DNA of 25,428 nucleotides from Albugo candida (Eukaryota): NCBI GenBank assembly GCA_040437565.1, contig JBDOQK010000012.1, positions 558,001 to 583,428 of the forward strand, read 5' to 3'. Shown piece by piece: positions 20,391 to 25,428 of this stretch (position 1 is its first letter; each line of letters starts with the position of its first letter). The notes under the pieces were generated by a model. It saw only the letters and a program-made list of their open reading frames with translations, ran no database searches and was not told where the DNA came from. The position numbers and the translations under genes were made by a program.

Positions 20391-22300
20391 AAAATTCAAG
20401 AGCACGCAGCCATGTTGAATGGATGCGACTAAAAGCCTATCTATCTTTGTGGGCGAGTGCTAGTGGTGTACTCTATCAATATATCACGCAGGTCCGTGTA
20501 TCTTCTCACCAATTCTCTCACTGTCACTTATCCGACCCATTTAAAAAACACAAAAATGCATGGCTCAACATAGGATCTTTTTCATTCAATCAATGCTCGA
20601 CACAAAGAATAATTGAGCACAATTAAGCAAATAAACAGACGTCGCTATATTTTGTCGCGGAGTGTACAAGCAAGCCCTAAAAAACCCAATAGTGTGATGG
20701 AATTCTCAACTTGAAGCTTCCACATAAAATTTAGCGGTGGATATGGTCGGAACGCATTCACATCTTTCTGGCAATTTTTTTCTGAAGACACAAGGCAACT
20801 GTAAGTGCTATTGTAGTTCATCCCAGTACAGACGAGGATTGAGTCATTGTTGCACTTTTCAGGACTCGCAAGATCGCATTTCATAATACGGACAACAAAG
20901 AGGTATTTTTTAGCTTCACCAATCCTGGCTATACTTCGGTTCCTACTCCACTAGATCATCAAATAGATGAGGTTTGATTTTTCTTTTGTTGAAAAGGATT
21001 TCTATCTTGGCTCTCATAGTATAATATGATTTTTCTTGTGTGGACACTTTATAGTTGGGTAGGTGAATTTGTTTTGTAGAGGCTAACCTTGACGATGAAC
21101 TGCAGACCGCCTTGTGTTACTTTTTATCCAATTTACTAATCTGTTTATCATCCATCACCGTATGCGTTCAGTAGATATGAANNNNNNNNNNNNNNNNNNN
21201 NNNNNNNNNNNNNNNNNNNNNNNNNNNNNNNNNNNNNNNNNNNNNNNNNNNNNNNNNNNNNNNNNNNNNNNNNNNNNNNNNAAGACAGATATTCGCAATC
21301 TGGTGGAAGTGCACGCGCGTGGTAGGCCATCGAGTTCAAGAAAGCGACTTCCATCGAAGTTTGAGCGCATTTGGATGCTCCTGTGCATCTCCAAAGATGT
21401 CAGATATACCAAGAAACGGGCCACAGTACCAGAACCTTCCTTCAAGAACAGGCAGTAGCAGCAACAACAACATTTGCAGCACCAGAATTATCTGCATCAG
21501 TATACCTAGATGTAGAACTCGATTAAGTAGTACAAAATTTATAGAAACCGTAGTTTTTCGAGTGATTTTTTGTATTTTTTCCGTTGCCTTTCTCAGACGA
21601 ATAAGAGGCCACAATTAACAATCAATCTATTGATATATTGGGAGTGGGGGCAGAATAAAGAAAAGGCGTATGTGTGTGAGTGTGGGGCTGAACAACGAGC
21701 GATTCCCTTATTTTATTTCTTAATAAAACTGATATATTTTTATGATCCCTAAACAATGCTATATAATTTTTCTACTTCGACAGCCTGTTCGTGCTCCGCG
21801 CTTTATCTAAGTTTGTCGCAGCATTGATGGGCTTTTGACAGGTCATGAACCCAATGGGGCAATTCGATCCTTAATACGCGGATGACGGGAAGAACGCGTT
21901 GTCAACCGTGGACGCTCCTGGCGGCGGTGAAAGTGGAGATTTTCCAAAAATCAAAAAGTCAAACGAAGCGGTCAACGTGAAATAACGAGTTGTTGGACCT
22001 TCTAAGAGAACTGGTTGGTTGGGTGGAGAATCACAGTTGGAGCTTGGCAAGAGAGTTGCCTTAGGAGTGAGGAGAAGAACGGTGTCCTAAGACCATCCGA
22101 TAATCACTAAACGAATATTCTCGGGAAGAGGCCTACGTATGGCCCTTCGTTTCAAGACAGAAAGAGCTGGAGATTCGCCCTTTTATTGGAAAGGAATTAT
22201 ATAAGGGTTCAGGAGCCAGATTTCTGCAGCGGGTAAGACGTTTTTTTCTTTTTGAAAGATAAATAGTTCTGACAAATTCTGCTCTGCGATATAGCTTCTC

Positions 22301-22550
22301 AAACCCGCGAAACCGTAAAACCTCAAAGCCTCAAACCCGCAATACGCCCAAGCTGCAAAATCGCAAGNNNNNNNNNNNNNNNNNNNNNNNNNNNNNNNNN
22401 NNNNNNNNNNNNNNNNNNNNNNNNNNNNNNNNNNNNNNNNNNNNNNNNNNNNNNNNNNNNNNNNNNNAACCCGCGAAACCGTAAAACCTCAAAGCCTCAA
22501 ACCCGCAATACGCCCAAGCTGCAAAATCGCAAGCCCGCAACCTCTGTAAA
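22301..22550 (+). repeat. Degenerate 8-bp-period minisatellite (consensus ~AAACCCGC), interrupted by an N gap with 66-bp duplicated flanks
   Basis: AAACCCGC GAAACCGT AAAACCTC AAAGCCTC AAACCCGC AATACGCC CAAGCTGC AAAATCGC AAGCCCGC; 22302-22367 is identical to 22468-22533. Confidence 0.65.
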
Positions 22551-22882
22551 CGCGAAGCATCTGCAAACCATTAACGATACAGATAACAGTTCGGCAGCCT
22601 TGTCTTTGATGACATCTATTTCACTTGCAACCCACTCGTCAAATGATTATAGGAAATCATGGATCGAACACCTTGTGTATCTGAAGGCAGTATCATGAGC
22701 TTTTAGTGGAGATTCTGACTATTTTGTGCCAAGCAACATTGTAAATTGTCCAGTGGCCACGTTAAAGGCAGTCGCAAGATGCAATATTGAGAATCAATGA
22801 GACCTGACAAGCGTCTTGGGATAGTGTATGTTGAGAGACTTCAACATCGGCGTTTTAAAGAACGCAGGCTATGTTTTCTGTA

Positions 22883-24211
22883 CAGTAGCCAACAAAAGTA
22901 TACGTTATTTATCATGTTAGGGTTGAATTATCGTCTCAACCTTGACAAAGGATCCATTTTTGAGTGTTCAAATAGCCACACTAATTCTGAAACAATTATC
23001 AAAGTTTACAATGAAGTCTATTTAAGGTCCTCGCTACAGTATTCTATGCAGGTATTGCAATTCAGCTCGTCGAAAATGTGCGTGGAATTAGAGAGAGTTC
23101 ACCAGCGAGAGTTGATCACCCCTTGCCAGCAAGAACAGCAGCAATTCTCCTTGGCATTGACTCTACTAGGCATCGAAGCATCCCGAGGGAAAAAATATCT
23201 TGCGGTACTCCTCACCAACTATGGTAGCCATTTCTTCGACGTTTTTTTGGCCTGTCGCGGTTCTGGGCGGCATCTTTAAGATTTTTCCACAATTTTTCGA
23301 TGGTTGTTGAGATCAGGGCTTTGACCAGGCCATTCTTGCTTTGCAAAAAACCGATTCTCCCTGAAATACTAAGCTGGACTGACGCACCATCCTCCAAAAA
23401 AATTAGGTCTTTCTTGTCATGCTGGTCGTCCACCCATGGTCCGAGTGTAGCGACATAGATTCATTTGACAGTCGGTGGCACTGCGATGATGCTGTGGCAT
23501 GATGACCATCAGCAGAATCCTCTCGCCTGCAAAAGAACCCCATATCATAACAGAGGACCGTCCACTCTATAGTGCAAACCCTCAGAAATGAACTTTTAAT
23601 CCACGCGACGCACACAACAGCTTGACGCGAATTTTTTTCCAGTCTCAATGGTGAACTCATCGATCCAACTGACCTTCCAGTCCTCTACTGTCCTATTTCC
23701 GAGCAGACTCCAATCTCTTAATCTTGTGCTTATCCGTCGTAAAAGCTTCTTGGCTGCAATGCGGATGTTGAAGCCCATTTCATGGAGGAAGCTACGGATT
23801 GTGCTTGGCGATGCCGGAGTGTCCTCATTGCTCGCGATTTTTGCTAGTGGTTCCCACCGGTTCTACATCACAGTGCGCCCAATGGACCTGCCGTCCCTTT
23901 CTCAGAGCTTTGTTGGTCTTTATCTTGACTTTAGTCTCTCCACCGTACCCCCTTTCCGCTAGTTATATAGCACTGTCGAAATGGATGACTGGTTGAAACC
24001 TGTTTGGACAGTGATTTCCCGGTGTCTCAAGCATGCCTGGTACGATTCGACAACTTGGTAGCTTTCTATATAGTGCAACAACGTGTCTTCATAGTTTACA
24101 AATGGTTTGATATCCGAACCGCAAAATAAGATGGCTGGAATGGTCCTCTTTATCTAATTTATTTGTGTTGTGGGTTTAAGAAGAACTATTTATACTTTTT
24201 GTAGCCTACAT
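22883..24211 (-). mobile_element. Tc1-family DNA transposon relic (~1.33 kb) with a decayed transposase (~23096-24080) and recognisable TIRs
   Basis: The minus strand reads REITVQTGFNQSSISTVL (HTH), RPTKL*ERDGRSI, SPSTIRSFLHEMGFNIRIAAKK, RTVEDWKVSWIDE, SSVMIWGSF, LIFLEDGA, EWPGQSPDLN/IEKLWKNLK and LVESMPRRIAAVLAGKG. The left end is TA|CAGTAGCCAACAAAAGTATA (22883-22902); a degenerate inverted copy TATACTTTTTGTAGCCTACA lies at 24191-24210. Confidence 0.9.
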
Positions 24212-24511
24212 TAAATTGTACACTATGACGCGTACTCGAGTTCAACGACGTAACGCTACCAACTTGTGGTATTAAGCCCTATAGATGCACTTACCTGGTT
24301 GCATGCCCTACATTTCAAAGCTTTTTTATTTTCCATGTTTTCGTCATGGAGTCGACGTTCTCAGTAATTGCCGAAGAGGGGTGGTTCATCGGATTTTTTT
24401 ACAGTAATGTGAGGACATGCTGTTGCTAGTTTGTTTCTATCTTTACCTTTCGAGTTCTTCCTAAAGTTGACGTTCATCTTTTGGACGTGTATGTCCAAGA
24501 CAGTGGCTTTG

Positions 24512-24702
24512 ATAGTGTTGTGAGCTCATCCGTCCTATCGGATAGCTTTCGTGGTGTCGTGAGCTCACCGTGTTTGACGTCTAATCCTTCACTTTCGATG
24601 CCTTCCTGAGGCCGACGTTGTTATTTTTGACTACGCGGATGTCTTATCTGAGCGCGTTGGTGGTGCCCTGAGCTAACCTTGTTAAACGTCTCATCTTTTA
24701 CT
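24512..24702 (+). repeat. Short diverged direct repeats (GTGGTG.C.TGAGCT.ACC.TGTT..ACGTCT.ATC.TT.ACT)
   Basis: 24551-24593 resembles 24660-24702 over ~43 bp, and a partial third unit (AGTGTTGTGAGCTCA) lies at ~24514. Confidence 0.55.
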
Positions 24703-25368
24703 CTCTTACTCTGTTACTCTGTTATTCTTTTACTACTCTGCTATAATGTTTTATGTTTTATGTTTGTTTAGGGTTAATTGGAAAGTGTATAATGCAGATA
24801 CAGTGCAAGACACTTATAACCAGCACGTTTAATCGGTAGACAAGTATTCTTTCTCTTCACAGAAAAGATTCAATGTAGAAAAAAGAATTCCATTGTACTA
24901 AAGAACAGACGCTACGCTGTAAGATAATGGAAGCCAATTCTTTGTAACTTTATTTTTGTAGGACTAGTAGGGCCTTGAAATTCGGCCAATTTCGGCAATT
25001 TTCAATGAGACGAGCGATATTTGGCCGCCCGAAAATCAATAACCTGTATTACTTAATATTATTGGGCCCGAACTCTTTTATTAAGTATGTATGACAAGTT
25101 ATCGATTATGAAACAACCTCCGTAAGTATGGTCTCGTTTATGTAGTATTAAGCCGTGAGGCAGTTCATGTCCATCAGGATTGAATTTGGTACCCGTCGGT
25201 GAGAACGGTACTTTTTGACGGCATATTCCGCAGCTTTACCACTTAACCCTTTGCGGTGAACATCCATTTACCGCTGATATTTTTGATAGTAGTTTCTTAT
25301 CTCGGTCAAGCTGACCGAAGCCAATGCTTTTGGCACCACGTCCTTTAGTCCAGTCTATGAATAATTGC

Positions 25369-25428
25369 AGGGTTTAGGGTTTAGGTTTTAGGGTTAAGGG
25401 TTAAGGGTTAAGGGTTAAGGGTTTAGGG
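25369..25428 (+). repeat. Telomeric repeat array (start of the right chromosome end)
   Basis: AGGG, TTTAGGG, TTTAGGT, TTTAGGG, (TTAAGGG)x4, TTTAGGG run to the last base, with the G-rich strand 5'->3' toward the end. TTTAGGG is the established oomycete telomere repeat. Confidence 0.9.

Larger units (their letters stand above)
288..22467. other. Seven 100-N scaffold gaps: 288-387, 3062-3161, 5120-5219, 9399-9498, 18301-18400, 21182-21281, 22368-22467
   Basis: Six gaps have the left flank repeated on the right (66, 66, ~428, 266, 195 and 66 bp), i.e. unmerged contig overlaps. Only 21182-21281 lacks a duplicated flank. Confidence 0.95.

Noticed and set aside
22797-23279. 160-aa + strand ORF, and other + strand ORFs at 23648-23996 and 19260-20157
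   Set aside because: They are antisense shadows overlapping Tc1 transposase relics, with no independent motif.

Overview
This is a eukaryotic draft-assembly scaffold end, very probably from an Albugo (white-rust oomycete) genome. The evidence is short 46-79 nt GT-AG introns, very compact intergenic spacers, TTTAGGG-type telomere repeats at the right end, and a CCG/CHxC-class effector gene. From left to right it contains: (i) a compact gene block with a decayed PPR-protein gene on the - strand, then a DUF3522/TMEM8-like CREST membrane hydrolase with an apparent 5' frameshift, a PAP2 lipid phosphatase and mitochondrial inner-membrane peptidase IMP1 on the + strand; (ii) an unassigned degraded stretch; (iii) a nuclear copy of mitochondrial nad4 (NUMT) split by a 574-bp long-TIR non-autonomous DNA transposon, whose removal with one 8-bp target duplication restores the nad4 frame at the junction; (iv) an intact intronless 590-aa secreted CCG effector built from about five tandem Cys modules with apparently paired Cys loss; (v) a subtelomeric graveyard with one Mutator (MULE) and two Tc1/mariner transposase relics; and (vi) the start of the telomere, a mix of TTTAGGG and TTAAGGG. 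There are seven 100-N gaps, six with duplicated flanks, so several apparent duplications are assembly artefacts. All calls come from reading the sequence by eye; no database searches were run.
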